Part shown: positions 29,204-37,941 of the stretch, in pieces | Layout of the letters: each line of letters begins with the position of its first letter | How positions within the stretch are numbered: the first letter of the stretch is position 1 | Assembly: GCA_002010065.2 (NCBI GenBank) | Contig: MTMD02000008.1 | Location: 32,001 to 96,000 of the forward strand | DNA: 64,000 nucleotides | DNA from: Candidatus Pyrohabitans jungbluthii | GTDB taxonomy: Archaea > Hydrothermarchaeota > Hydrothermarchaeia > Hydrothermarchaeales > BMS3B | Direction of reading: 5' to 3' | The notes under the pieces: generated by a model | Seen by the model: the letters and a program-made list of their open reading frames with translations, nothing else | Told to the model about the DNA's origin: nothing | The model's database searches: none | Translations under genes and position numbers: made by a program

Positions 29204-30205
29204 ATGTCGAAAATAAGGGTGCTTGTGGTTGATGATTCTGCGCTGATGAGGCGCGTGCTTACTGACATACTTAATAGTGTTGAAGATATTGAAGTGGTAG
29301 ACACTGCTGAAAGTGGGGAGGAGGCTGTAGAGAAGGTTGGGGAGCTTGCGCCCGATGTAATAATTCTAGATATACTCATGCCTGGAATGGGGGGCCTCGT
29401 TGCTCTCAATACAATTATGAAAACGAGACCAACGCCTGTGATTGTGTTCAGTTCCTATGACAAGCCAGACATAACCCTCGAGTCCCTCGAGAGAGGCGCA
29501 GTAGACTTTGTATCCAAGCCCGTGGGTGACTTAGAGAGGGTTGCCAGCGAACTCATAGAAAAGGTGAGAGTAGCTGCGAGAGTGGACGTGGGCAGGCTGA
29601 AGGAGAGAAAGGCTCCCATAAGAGAATTCAAAATCGTGGTTATTGGCGCCTCCACAGGTGGCCCCCGCGCGCTTGGTGAACTTTTACCCATGCTTCCTGC
29701 TGATTTAACCGCGGCGATTGTGGTTGTGCAGCACATGCCCCCAAAGTTCACCAGTTCGCTTGCGGCGAGGCTTAACAAAGTCTGCGCCCTTGACGTGAAG
29801 GAGGCGGAAGATGGCGAGGTTATCGCACCTGGAAAGGTGTACATCGCACCAGGAGGCTATCACCTCCTTGTTGAAAGGGAAATTGTCAATGGCAGCGAGG
29901 CGTTTCTAATAAAACTTGCCAAAGGAGCAAAGAGAAACAACGTAATACCCTCAATAGACACAACCATGGAATCTGTTGCAAAGGCTGCAGGTAATCGCGC
30001 CATAGGTGTCCTGCTAACCGGGATGGGGCACGACGGCGCTGCTGGAATGAAAGCCATAAGGGATGCAGGAGGTTTTACAATAGCAGAGGACTCCTCCACA
30101 TGCATTGTCTATGGAATGCCAAAAGCTGCTGCAGAACTCGGTGCCGTGAATAAGATTTTACCTCTCCATGACATATCAAAAGAGCTTACCAAGCAGGTGA
30201 CGTAG
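29204..30205 (+). CDS. cheB: Chemotaxis methylesterase CheB
   Basis: Receiver domain plus GASTGGP, VQHM and LTGMG.DG motifs. Confidence 0.95.
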   Translation: MSKIRVLVVDDSALMRRVLTDILNSVEDIEVVDTAESGEEAVEKVGELAPDVIILDILMPGMGGLVALNTIMKTRPTPVIVFSSYDKPDITLESLERGAVDFVSKPVGDLERVASELIEKVRVAARVDVGRLKERKAPIREFKIVVIGASTGGPRALGELLPMLPADLTAAIVVVQHMPPKFTSSLAARLNKVCALDVKEAEDGEVIAPGKVYIAPGGYHLLVEREIVNGSEAFLIKLAKGAKRNNVIPSIDTTMESVAKAAGNRAIGVLLTGMGHDGAAGMKAIRDAGGFTIAEDSSTCIVYGMPKAAAELGAVNKILPLHDISKELTKQVT

Positions 30206-30209
30206 GAAA

Positions 30210-32021
30210 ATGAACACTCAGAAGTATATGGACCTCTTCCTCGAGGAAGCAGGAGAACACCTGCAAAACCTGAATCGCCTACTTATTGAGCTTGAGGCAG
30301 ATCCAAGCGATGCAGAAGCAATTAATGAGATTTTCAGATCGGTACACACAATAAAGGGGCTCGCCGCAACTATGGGTTTTGAGAAAATCTCTACGCTCTC
30401 CCACCAGCTTGAAAATCTGATAGAGAGTCTGAAAGAAGCTAAGCGAGCCGAGCCTGAGGTAACAGACCTGCTCTTTGAAGGCATTGACCTCCTGGAGGCT
30501 ATGCTGAAATCTCCACAAGATGGGGAAGAGTTCACTGACCTGGAGTTTTTCCTTGAAAAGGTAAAAAGGGTCAAAAAGGAAGAAAAAATGGAAAGGAAAA
30601 GCCCCTTCCTGGAGCTTATCTCCCCGGGGGCAGGAAAGGCTAACTACGAGCTGAAAATAAGGCTGGAAGAGAGCTGTGCACTGAAATCAGTGCGCGCCTT
30701 CACTGTGCTGAAGAGCCTTGCAGAACTCGGTGACATAACTGCCACATTCCCTGACCCTGAAAAACTAGAAAATGAAGAATTTGGGAAAGGCTTTACGGTA
30801 CGTCTGCGCTCACAGCGAGTTGAGGAAGAAATCAAGAACAAGGTATTAGCCTTGCCTGAAATAGAGGAGGTAGAGGTTAGAAAGCTTAAGGAAAAGGTGC
30901 GAAAAAACCAGAGTATTAGGGTGGGCATAGACACCCTCGACACCCTGATGAATATCACCGGCGAGCTTATTATCAATCGCTCAGTTCTCGAGGAAATTGC
31001 AAAGAAGCATGAGCTGGAAGAACTTAAAGACGCTCTGGAGATGACAAAGAGGCTCACCACTGACCTGCAGTATGTGGTGATGCAGGCAAGGATGGTGCCT
31101 CTGAGCTATGTTTTTAGCACTTTTCCAAGGCTTATAAGAGATATCTCTAAAAAAGAGGGCAAAGAAGTGGATTTCAATATATATGGTGGGGATATCGAGT
31201 TGGACAGAGCTGTTATAGACGAGATCGTTGAGCCAATCGTCCACATTTTAAGAAATGCCGTCTCTCATGGAATTGAGTCTCCAGAAGAAAGGGAGAGGAA
31301 AGGAAAACCGAGGAGAGGCAGGGTGACCCTCTCTGCGGTTAAGGAGAAGGACCACGTTGTGATTTCAGTTGAGGACGACGGAAGTGGCATCGACTTGGAG
31401 AAGGTAAAGGAGACGGCAGTAAACAGAGGGCTTATATCCAGAGAAAAGGCTGCCACGTTGAAGCGCGAGGAGGTTTTAGACCTGCTGTTTCTGCCCGGCT
31501 TCAGCACCGCCAGCGAAGTAACAGAGATTTCTGGAAGAGGCGTTGGGCTGGATGCGGTTAAGAGTCAGATTGAATCCTTGGGCGGTCACATAGAGATTGA
31601 GACATATCAGGGAAAGGGCACAAAGGTTTCTCTGAGGCTGCCAATAACAATGGCAATACTTCAGGCTCTCCTCGTGAGAATAGGCGGCGTAACCTATGGC
31701 GTTCCAATATCCAACGTGCTTCGCGTGCTTGAAAGTACCAGCCTAAGGAAGCTGCACAACAAGCAAGTGATAAAGCTGGATGAGGAGATAATACCTGTGG
31801 TGCATCTGTTCAACGCTAATGAAGAGGGCAGATTTATTGTGGTGCTGGAAAAGGGAAACAAACGCACTGGCGTTACTGTTGATGAAATAGTGGGTATTCA
31901 GGAGGTGGTGCTAAAATCGCTCTCCGGCGCAGCGGCACGCCTTCATGAATTTGCAGGCGGTACCATACTAGGAAATGGAGATGTTGCCCTTATGTTGGAC
32001 GTAGGAAGTATCGTCGAATGA
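30210..32021 (+). CDS. cheA: Chemotaxis histidine kinase CheA
   Basis: HPt FRSVHTIKG, P2, HILRNAVSHG, GFST, SGRGVGLD and a C-terminal CheW domain. Confidence 0.95.
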   Translation: MNTQKYMDLFLEEAGEHLQNLNRLLIELEADPSDAEAINEIFRSVHTIKGLAATMGFEKISTLSHQLENLIESLKEAKRAEPEVTDLLFEGIDLLEAMLKSPQDGEEFTDLEFFLEKVKRVKKEEKMERKSPFLELISPGAGKANYELKIRLEESCALKSVRAFTVLKSLAELGDITATFPDPEKLENEEFGKGFTVRLRSQRVEEEIKNKVLALPEIEEVEVRKLKEKVRKNQSIRVGIDTLDTLMNITGELIINRSVLEEIAKKHELEELKDALEMTKRLTTDLQYVVMQARMVPLSYVFSTFPRLIRDISKKEGKEVDFNIYGGDIELDRAVIDEIVEPIVHILRNAVSHGIESPEERERKGKPRRGRVTLSAVKEKDHVVISVEDDGSGIDLEKVKETAVNRGLISREKAATLKREEVLDLLFLPGFSTASEVTEISGRGVGLDAVKSQIESLGGHIEIETYQGKGTKVSLRLPITMAILQALLVRIGGVTYGVPISNVLRVLESTSLRKLHNKQVIKLDEEIIPVVHLFNANEEGRFIVVLEKGNKRTGVTVDEIVGIQEVVLKSLSGAAARLHEFAGGTILGNGDVALMLDVGSIVE

Positions 32022-32030
32022 GGTGGTATC

Positions 32031-32645
32031 TTGGAAATCTATGAGATGACAGAGGAGCAACAGGACGCTTTTAAGGAAATTGGTAACATAGGCGCCGGAC
32101 ATGCCTCTACTGCCCTCTCAGAGATGATAAACAAGAGGGTAACAATGGTCGTGCCCAGGGCATACGTAATCCCCATTCAGCGCGTACCAGAGGTTATAGG
32201 CGGCTATGAGATTCCAATTGTGGGGATATACCTGAGTGTATTTGGAGACATACCAGGAAAGATACTTATTACCCTACCTGAGGAGACCGCCCATTATCTC
32301 GCCTCGGAGCTTTTAGGGGAGGAGAGCTCAGATGGGCTGGTATCTCCTATGGAGCAGTCCGCTCTGGAAGAACTTGGGAATATAATTTCTGGCTCATACC
32401 TCTCTGCCCTTGCAGAATTTTTAGGAAAGCGGTTTATTCCCTCTACGCCTAGCATGGCATACGACATGGCAGGTGCAATAGTTGACCTTCTCATTATCGA
32501 GCTCGGTCAGAAGGTTGACTACGCAGTGACGATAGAGACTCAGTTTATAATATCCTCGCGAAGTCTCTCCGGACAGTTTTTCTTCCTTCTTGATGCTGAC
32601 TCCTACAGAAAAATCCTAGAAAGCATAGGGATGTACCCGAAATGA
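32031..32645 (+). CDS. cheC: Chemotaxis phosphatase CheC
   Basis: DAFKEIGNI and SALEELGNI repeats. Confidence 0.92.
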   Translation: MEIYEMTEEQQDAFKEIGNIGAGHASTALSEMINKRVTMVVPRAYVIPIQRVPEVIGGYEIPIVGIYLSVFGDIPGKILITLPEETAHYLASELLGEESSDGLVSPMEQSALEELGNIISGSYLSALAEFLGKRFIPSTPSMAYDMAGAIVDLLIIELGQKVDYAVTIETQFIISSRSLSGQFFFLLDADSYRKILESIGMYPK

Positions 32646-33109
32646 AGCACAGCGTGGGCATAGGGGAGTACAGGGTAGTTAGGCCGCCTGCGGTACTTGT
32701 AAGCTTGGGCTTAGGCTCCTGTGTGGGCGTGGCTCTTTACGACCCGGAGAGGAAGATCGGCGGTCTGGCTCACGTCATGCTCCCATCCAGCAATGGTACT
32801 GAGAAAATTACAAACCCTGGGAAGTACGCCGACCAGGCGATAAAGCTGATGCTGGAGGAGATGATTAAACGTGGCGCTTCCAAGAGCAGAATAGTAGCGA
32901 AAATCGCCGGCGGAGCGACGATGTTCAAAAACTCCAAAAACTCCATAGGCGAGAGAAACGTTGAAAGTGTTAGAGAAATACTGAAAAAAGAAGGTATAAA
33001 AATAGTAGGTGAAGATACAGGAAAAAATTATGGAAGGAGCGTTGAATTCGATACAGAAACTGGCTTATTACATGTCAGAAGCTTTAAATATGGTGAAACT
33101 GTCCTTTAA
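32642..33109 (+). CDS. cheD: Chemoreceptor glutamine deamidase CheD
   Basis: GLGSCVG, AHVMLP, KIAGGA.MF and IGERN motifs. Confidence 0.95.
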   Translation: MKHSVGIGEYRVVRPPAVLVSLGLGSCVGVALYDPERKIGGLAHVMLPSSNGTEKITNPGKYADQAIKLMLEEMIKRGASKSRIVAKIAGGATMFKNSKNSIGERNVESVREILKKEGIKIVGEDTGKNYGRSVEFDTETGLLHVRSFKYGETVL

Positions 33110-33126
33110 TCAGGAGATGATTTGGC

Positions 33127-33945
33127 TTGTCCGGACAGAATAGGTTTTTTGAGTATGCTGGCGACTTTAAAAAGCTTCTCGATGAGATATCAAGAAATAC
33201 TGGTCTGAACTTGGTGGGATACCGGGATTCCTATCTCAAGCGCAGAATCGGAGTGAGAATAAAAGCAAATCGCCTCAAGTCCTATGATGAATATATTGAG
33301 TTTCTCAGGAAAAATCCCTCAGAATATGACAAACTCCTTGACAGACTCACAGTAAACGTAACAGAGTTCTTTCGCAATCCCAGCACCTTCGAAGCTTTCA
33401 GGTCAAAGGTGCTACCTGAACTATCCTCCAAGAGGGAGATAAGGATATGGAGTGCCGGATGTGCCTCCGGGGAAGAGCCCTATTCCATCGCCATAACTGT
33501 TTCTGAGTTTTTTGGGAGAGAGCTTGAAAGGCGTTTTATAAGAATATATGCCACAGATATAGATGGTTTGAGCTTAAGAAGGGCTATTAAAGGAGAATAC
33601 GAAGCTAAGAAGGTGGCTAATGTTGATAGTGATATGTTAAATAAGTATTTTATTAAGACTGGTGAGAAATATATGGTTAAACCAGAAATAAAAAGGATGG
33701 TAATCTTTGAGAAGCAGGACATTCTGAAGAGAAGGTGGATTAATTTCTTTGATGTGGTCTTCTGCAGGAATGTAGCCATCTATTTTTCCCGTGATTCCTT
33801 AGAAATTCTCTACGGAAATTTGTACGATTCCCTGCGCAAAGGTGGCTATCTCATTACCGGAAAGGTGGAATCGCTTGCCGGCGATATAAAAAGCCACTTT
33901 GAGGTGGTGGATAACAGAGAGCACATCTACAGAGCCTTAAAGTGA
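33127..33945 (+). CDS. cheR: Chemotaxis methyltransferase CheR
   Basis: TVNVTEFFR, WSAGCASGEEPYS and CRNV.IYF motifs. Confidence 0.95.
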   Translation: MSGQNRFFEYAGDFKKLLDEISRNTGLNLVGYRDSYLKRRIGVRIKANRLKSYDEYIEFLRKNPSEYDKLLDRLTVNVTEFFRNPSTFEAFRSKVLPELSSKREIRIWSAGCASGEEPYSIAITVSEFFGRELERRFIRIYATDIDGLSLRRAIKGEYEAKKVANVDSDMLNKYFIKTGEKYMVKPEIKRMVIFEKQDILKRRWINFFDVVFCRNVAIYFSRDSLEILYGNLYDSLRKGGYLITGKVESLAGDIKSHFEVVDNREHIYRALK

Positions 33946-33983
33946 GCCGCTCTTTCCAAGCCGGAGAAAGGAGCATCTACACA

Positions 33984-35297
33984 TTATTTGGCCAGTTCTT
34001 TAAGTATCCTTCTAACCTTTAAAACTATATCCTGTGGATTTTTGCCGAGAAGCCTTATCATAGGTTCCTTCCCCACTGCACCTTCATCATAGATGGCGTC
34101 TGGAAGCTCACCGTGATCCTCTATCGCCTTAAGTGTGCCCCACTCCATGGTACTAACTCCAGGTGGCTCATCATCTCTTGAAAAACTGGCAACCTTAAGT
34201 CCTGTCTCTTCTACCGCCTTTAGCGTCTCAGGGGAATACCTTATGTTTATAGCCGACCTTACGCTTGGGTGTTTGCGTGAAGCTGCGAGCAGAACCCTTG
34301 AGACGTGCTGGGAGGCTGCAAAACCAACGCAACCCGCAATTACAGCTCTACCACCAGCCTTTACTATCCTTCCTCTTATCCCAGCTACATCCTCTGCACC
34401 TTTCGGATTCGGAAGAGAGTAAACAAAGTTTATCCCCACCTCAGGTATCAATCTTTGGAAACCCGGGAGATTCACTACCTCCTCCACAGCCGCTTCTAAA
34501 TCCACAAGCACAGCATGCCTCATCGCTTCCCTTTCTATATTGATGAGCTGATTAAGAATTCGTGCACCCTTTCCTGGAGAATAAGAATACCTTATTGCGT
34601 CTGCAATATATTCCTTAGCCTTCTCTACAGCTTCCTTCAGCTCAAGCCCCTTTGCAAGGTATGCAGTTATAGCTGCGGAATAGGTACACCCAGTCCCATG
34701 ATATCTACCCTTATAGTACTCTGATGAGAACTCGTAAAATTCGCCTTCATGATAGAGTACGTCTACACCCCTGAGATGCCCGCCCTTTACAAGCACAGCC
34801 TTAGTATTTTCTGCAATCCTCAAAGCCGCTTCCCTCGCATCCTCAAGAGAGCGAATTTTTATCCCTGAGAGCACCTCCGCCTCATGTATATTGGGGGTAA
34901 CCAGCGCAGCTTTAGGCAGAAGGTGCTTTTTAAGGGCTTCAACCGCACTGCTCTCCTGCAATTTATCTCCAGATGTGGCCACCATTACAGGGTCAACCAC
35001 AAGGGGGTAATCGCCCACGTTATTAGCCACGAGCTTTATTATTTCCTCTGTGGCGAGCATTCCAGTCTTCGCAGTAGCTATCTCAAAGTCAGCGTGCACA
35101 GCTTCCATTTGCCTTTTAATAAAGCTCTGTGGAAGGTTGTGCACGCCCTCTACGCCCTGTGTATTTTGTGCTGTTACAGAGGTTATTACACTGACCCCAT
35201 GCACCCCAAGAGCGGCGAAGGTTTTGAGGTCTGCCTGAATCCCTGCCCCACCGCCACTATCTGCGCCTGCAATTGTCAGACATGTAACCTTTTTCAT
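33984..35297 (-). CDS. thiD: Bifunctional HMP/HMP-P kinase - thiamine-phosphate synthase (ThiD-ThiN fusion)
   Basis: AG.DSGGGAGIQAD, TPN..EA and HGTGC, then the ThiN domain (LIPEVG.N, GKEPMIR). Confidence 0.93.
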   Translation of the reverse strand: MKKVTCLTIAGADSGGGAGIQADLKTFAALGVHGVSVITSVTAQNTQGVEGVHNLPQSFIKRQMEAVHADFEIATAKTGMLATEEIIKLVANNVGDYPLVVDPVMVATSGDKLQESSAVEALKKHLLPKAALVTPNIHEAEVLSGIKIRSLEDAREAALRIAENTKAVLVKGGHLRGVDVLYHEGEFYEFSSEYYKGRYHGTGCTYSAAITAYLAKGLELKEAVEKAKEYIADAIRYSYSPGKGARILNQLINIEREAMRHAVLVDLEAAVEEVVNLPGFQRLIPEVGINFVYSLPNPKGAEDVAGIRGRIVKAGGRAVIAGCVGFAASQHVSRVLLAASRKHPSVRSAINIRYSPETLKAVEETGLKVASFSRDDEPPGVSTMEWGTLKAIEDHGELPDAIYDEGAVGKEPMIRLLGKNPQDIVLKVRRILKELAK

Positions 35298-35334
35298 AAC
35301 TCCACCTCTTAACCTGTTGCATTTTTAATTATTA

Positions 35335-35388
35335 AAACAATTTTGTAAATTTCAATTTTGTTTTATGGTATAAAAGATTATTGTAAAA
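35335..35388 (-). repeat. Left cluster of TTTACAAWAWTNTTT repeats (2 copies)
   Basis: Minus-strand TTTACAAAATTGTTT (35335-35349) and TTTACAATAATCTTT (35373-35387), upstream of the wHTH gene's TATA box. Confidence 0.55.
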
Positions 35389-35448
35389 GTAGAAAAGTTT
35401 ATATATCATGAAAAATATATAATACAAGGTATAATGAGGTGGTAAGAA

Positions 35449-35979
35449 ATGGAAGAATTGTTTTTACAAAAAAAGCCAAAAGAGATACTATTTTATCTTA
35501 AAAATCAGACCTCTGCAAATATATCGGAAATCGCGGTTAAAACGAACTCTACATATGCACATTCATTTAATTTGGTAAAGGAGCTAGAGGATCTTGGAAT
35601 AATAATAACAAAAAAGAGAGGGAGGTCAAAGGTTGTAACCCTCACAGAAAAAGGTAGAGAACTTGCTACTCTGCTGGAAGAATTCATCGAGGTGTTGAGA
35701 AGCAAGAAAACCACGTCGCGACGCAGAAAGAGGCATGAGTCAGCTAAAAAAACACCTATCAGTGCTTCGGATAGATTGACTAAATACTATGAAAATTTGA
35801 AGAAAATTTCGGAAAACATAAAAAGCGGTGATATCGACTCACAAAAGTCAAAAATTAAGAGGGTTGTTGGAAGATACCGGCAAATTATAAAGAAGATGAG
35901 GCCCAGAGATGAGAAAGGAAGACAGCTCAGGAAAGCTGCACTGATGGAAATAGAATCCATTTTAAAGAATTTGTCGTGA
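35449..35979 (+). CDS. Winged-helix DNA-binding protein with basic helical C-terminal extension
   Basis: NISEIAVKTNSTYAHSFNLVKELEDLGII...RGRSKVVTLTEKG; GAGGTGG RBS. Confidence 0.82.
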   Translation: MEELFLQKKPKEILFYLKNQTSANISEIAVKTNSTYAHSFNLVKELEDLGIIITKKRGRSKVVTLTEKGRELATLLEEFIEVLRSKKTTSRRRKRHESAKKTPISASDRLTKYYENLKKISENIKSGDIDSQKSKIKRVVGRYRQIIKKMRPRDEKGRQLRKAALMEIESILKNLS

Positions 35980-36027
35980 TTAACATAAGGGAAAGATATA
36001 TATCAGCAATATTTTGAAAATATAACC

Positions 36028-36888
36028 ATGGCCAGAGTGAAAAAGAGAAGCAAAGATGAAAATGTGAAAAAAGTTGCAATATATGTTAGAGTTTCCACTG
36101 AAGACCAAGCAAAAGAAGGTTTCTCGCTAAATGCGCAGCTTGAAAGGCTGCGCAGCTACTGCTCTGCGAGGGGGTGGAAAATTTACAAGGAGTACGTTGA
36201 TGACGGATATTCAGGCAGGTACACCAACAGACCTGCGTATCAGAAGATGCTTGAAGAGATGGACAACTGGGATGTGCTCCTCGTTTTGAAAATGGACAGA
36301 ATTCACAGGAATTCAAGAAATTTCATGGAGATGATGGAACTTCTTAATGAAAACAACAAAGAATTTGTGAGCATGACTGAAAGTCTTGACACCAGCACTG
36401 CAATGGGGCGTTTTGTTATGGACATTATACAGCGCATTGCCCAGCTGGAAAGTGAGCAGATTGGTGAGAGAGTGTACACCGGAATGGAGCAGAAGGCACG
36501 CACACCGGCGGAGCAGCTTGGCCAGGGGAGGCATCCCTACCTAGGGTTTGCCCATCCGTACGGCTACCATTATTCAAATGGAAAGCTCATAGTCAACCCA
36601 AAGGAGGCGAAGTACGTTAGGTTCATCTTTCACGAATATGTAAAGGGAAAGACTCTCGACGAGATATGCAGACAGCTCAATGAGATGGGAGTCCCTACAA
36701 AGAAAGGAGGAAAATGGGCAAAATATACGATTTCAAAGATTTTAAAAAATCCGATTTATGCAGGATATCTCGAATGGAACGGAATTATTAAAAAGAACAA
36801 CCACGAAGCGATAATTGACAAAGAAACATACAATAAAGCACAAAAGATAATTGAGAGTCGAGGGGGTACACCGGTATATATACCCTAG
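36028..36888 (+). CDS. Serine recombinase (resolvase catalytic domain + recombinase domain, no zinc-ribbon/coiled-coil)
   Basis: YVRVSTEDQ (catalytic Ser), DDGYSG, RP, DRIHR, PYGY, ILKNPIYAG and HEAII motifs; ends at 286 aa. Confidence 0.92.
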   Translation: MARVKKRSKDENVKKVAIYVRVSTEDQAKEGFSLNAQLERLRSYCSARGWKIYKEYVDDGYSGRYTNRPAYQKMLEEMDNWDVLLVLKMDRIHRNSRNFMEMMELLNENNKEFVSMTESLDTSTAMGRFVMDIIQRIAQLESEQIGERVYTGMEQKARTPAEQLGQGRHPYLGFAHPYGYHYSNGKLIVNPKEAKYVRFIFHEYVKGKTLDEICRQLNEMGVPTKKGGKWAKYTISKILKNPIYAGYLEWNGIIKKNNHEAIIDKETYNKAQKIIESRGGTPVYIP

Positions 36889-36900
36889 CTCTTAGTCCCG

Positions 36901-36926
36901 GTAAACAACGGTAGACCGTCGTTTAC
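36901..36926. terminator. Hairpin between the converging recombinase gene and the putative ncRNA
   Basis: GTAAAC-A-ACGG-TAGA-CCGT-C-GTTTAC, followed by an AT-rich run. Confidence 0.4.
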
Positions 36927-36939
36927 GTATATATAAATA

Positions 36940-37292
36940 AAACTGTACTGCACAAGCCCCGTATTATCCTACGAGTATTTCACCAAGTTTTGAGTGAAGT
37001 TTTAAACCCAGGATATAGGAACTCACAGTTAATGGAATAGAGAAGATCATGTTTCAAATGGTCCGTCATAACCTCAGCACAAATTTCGCAGAGGAATAAC
37101 TTGGCATAAGTTGGCGTCAAAACCTACAGTTTGTAAATTTTGTACTGTGAATCGAGAGACCCTAGTGACTGGCTGCTCTGGAGCGGTCCCGGAAGACCGC
37201 GTGATTTGCCCTGAGAGCGATTTTTTCACATCAGGGAAGGGTAACGTACCCGGAAAACTGCAGCAATTAAAAATTTTCCCTTTTAGGGTCAA
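36940..37292 (-). ncRNA. Putative novel ~350-nt multi-domain structured RNA
   Basis: Nested helices whose G-U wobbles work only on the minus strand, a TATA box ~26 nt upstream and a T-rich tract downstream (details in findings). Confidence 0.55.
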
Positions 37293-37315
37293 TATCCAGT
37301 GGCCTCTGTAGACTG

Positions 37316-37325
37316 TTTATATATA
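37316..37325 (-). promoter_or_regulatory. TATA box for the minus-strand RNA
   Basis: TATATATAAA preceded by purine-rich AAGACAAAAAC (BRE-like). Confidence 0.55.
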
Positions 37326-37570
37326 GTTTTTGTCTTGCTATATAGCAAGTATTGAGGGCGTACTAGCTTGTTGTTAAAGAAGGAGCTGCTAGATTCAGTG
37401 CACAGGAAGCCAGATCTGCGATGCCAATAATGGGCAAGTAAAATCCACAGAGATATACCCGTGAAGTATGGGAGTGGGTTGAGAAGAACAGCGGTGAGGA
37501 GAGAGACAACCACAACGTAAGCGCTCTTCCGCAGCCTATCTCCAATGTCATACGCCTTACACCATCTTTT

Positions 37571-37700
37571 ATTACAATAATGTTTACAAAGTGAAACAAT
37601 TTTTGTAAAAGGTTTCTACCTAATTATATGTTATATAATATATTTTTTACAATATATTTTTAAGCTAAGAACGATGAAATGTTTTACAATAATGTTTGCA
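37571..37700. repeat. Right cluster of TTTACAAWAWTGTTT-like repeats around an AT-rich core
   Basis: ATTACAATAATGTTT (37571), inverted TTTACAAAAATTGTTT (37594-37609), TTTACAATATATTTT (37646) and TTTACAATAATGTTT (37683). Confidence 0.6.
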
Positions 37701-37772
37701 AAATAATGAATATACAGGGAAGAGGTAACAAAAAACTATTGCCTCGGTAAAGATTGGTGATTTAGAAACTCT

Positions 37773-37856
37773 GCCGGGGTAGCCTAGCCCGGAAAGGCGC
37801 CAGACTCGAGATCTGGTGCTCGCAAGAGCTCAGGGGTTCAAATCCCTTCCCCGGCG
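37773..37856 (+). tRNA. tRNA-Ser(CGA)
   Basis: GCCGGGG/CCCCGGC acceptor stem, anticodon arm CCAGA-CTCGAGA-TCTGG, long variable arm GCTC-GCAA-GAGC and GTTCAAATC T-loop; CCA not encoded. Confidence 0.96.
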
Positions 37857-37941
37857 CTATAATAATGTTTGCATTATACTCTAGGGTAATGTATGCACCA
37901 CTTTTTTATATTCCCTCACCTCAATAAGTAGCGGTGATTGT

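Noticed and set aside
37074-37311. ORFs 37074-37292 (-) and 37111-37311 (+, with CxxC)
   Set aside because: Both have TTG starts with no RBS and no recognisable domain. The nested base-pairing explains the region better, although the ORFs are not formally excluded.
37289-37599. Two overlapping minus-strand ORFs with a hydrophobic stretch
   Set aside because: No convincing start or family, and I cannot tell which frame, if either, is real. It may be a gene remnant.
37571-37700. CRISPR array, ORB-type origin or dif site
   Set aside because: The repeats are short, degenerate, irregularly spaced and in mixed orientation. There are no cas or cdc6 genes, no ORB G-string and no convincing 11-6-11 dif layout.
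35449-37856. Classical tRNA-integrated island or IS607 element
   Set aside because: The cassette lies 5' of tRNA-Ser and no duplicated tRNA end was seen. There is no TnpB, and the recombinase lacks the N-terminal HTH of IS607 TnpA.
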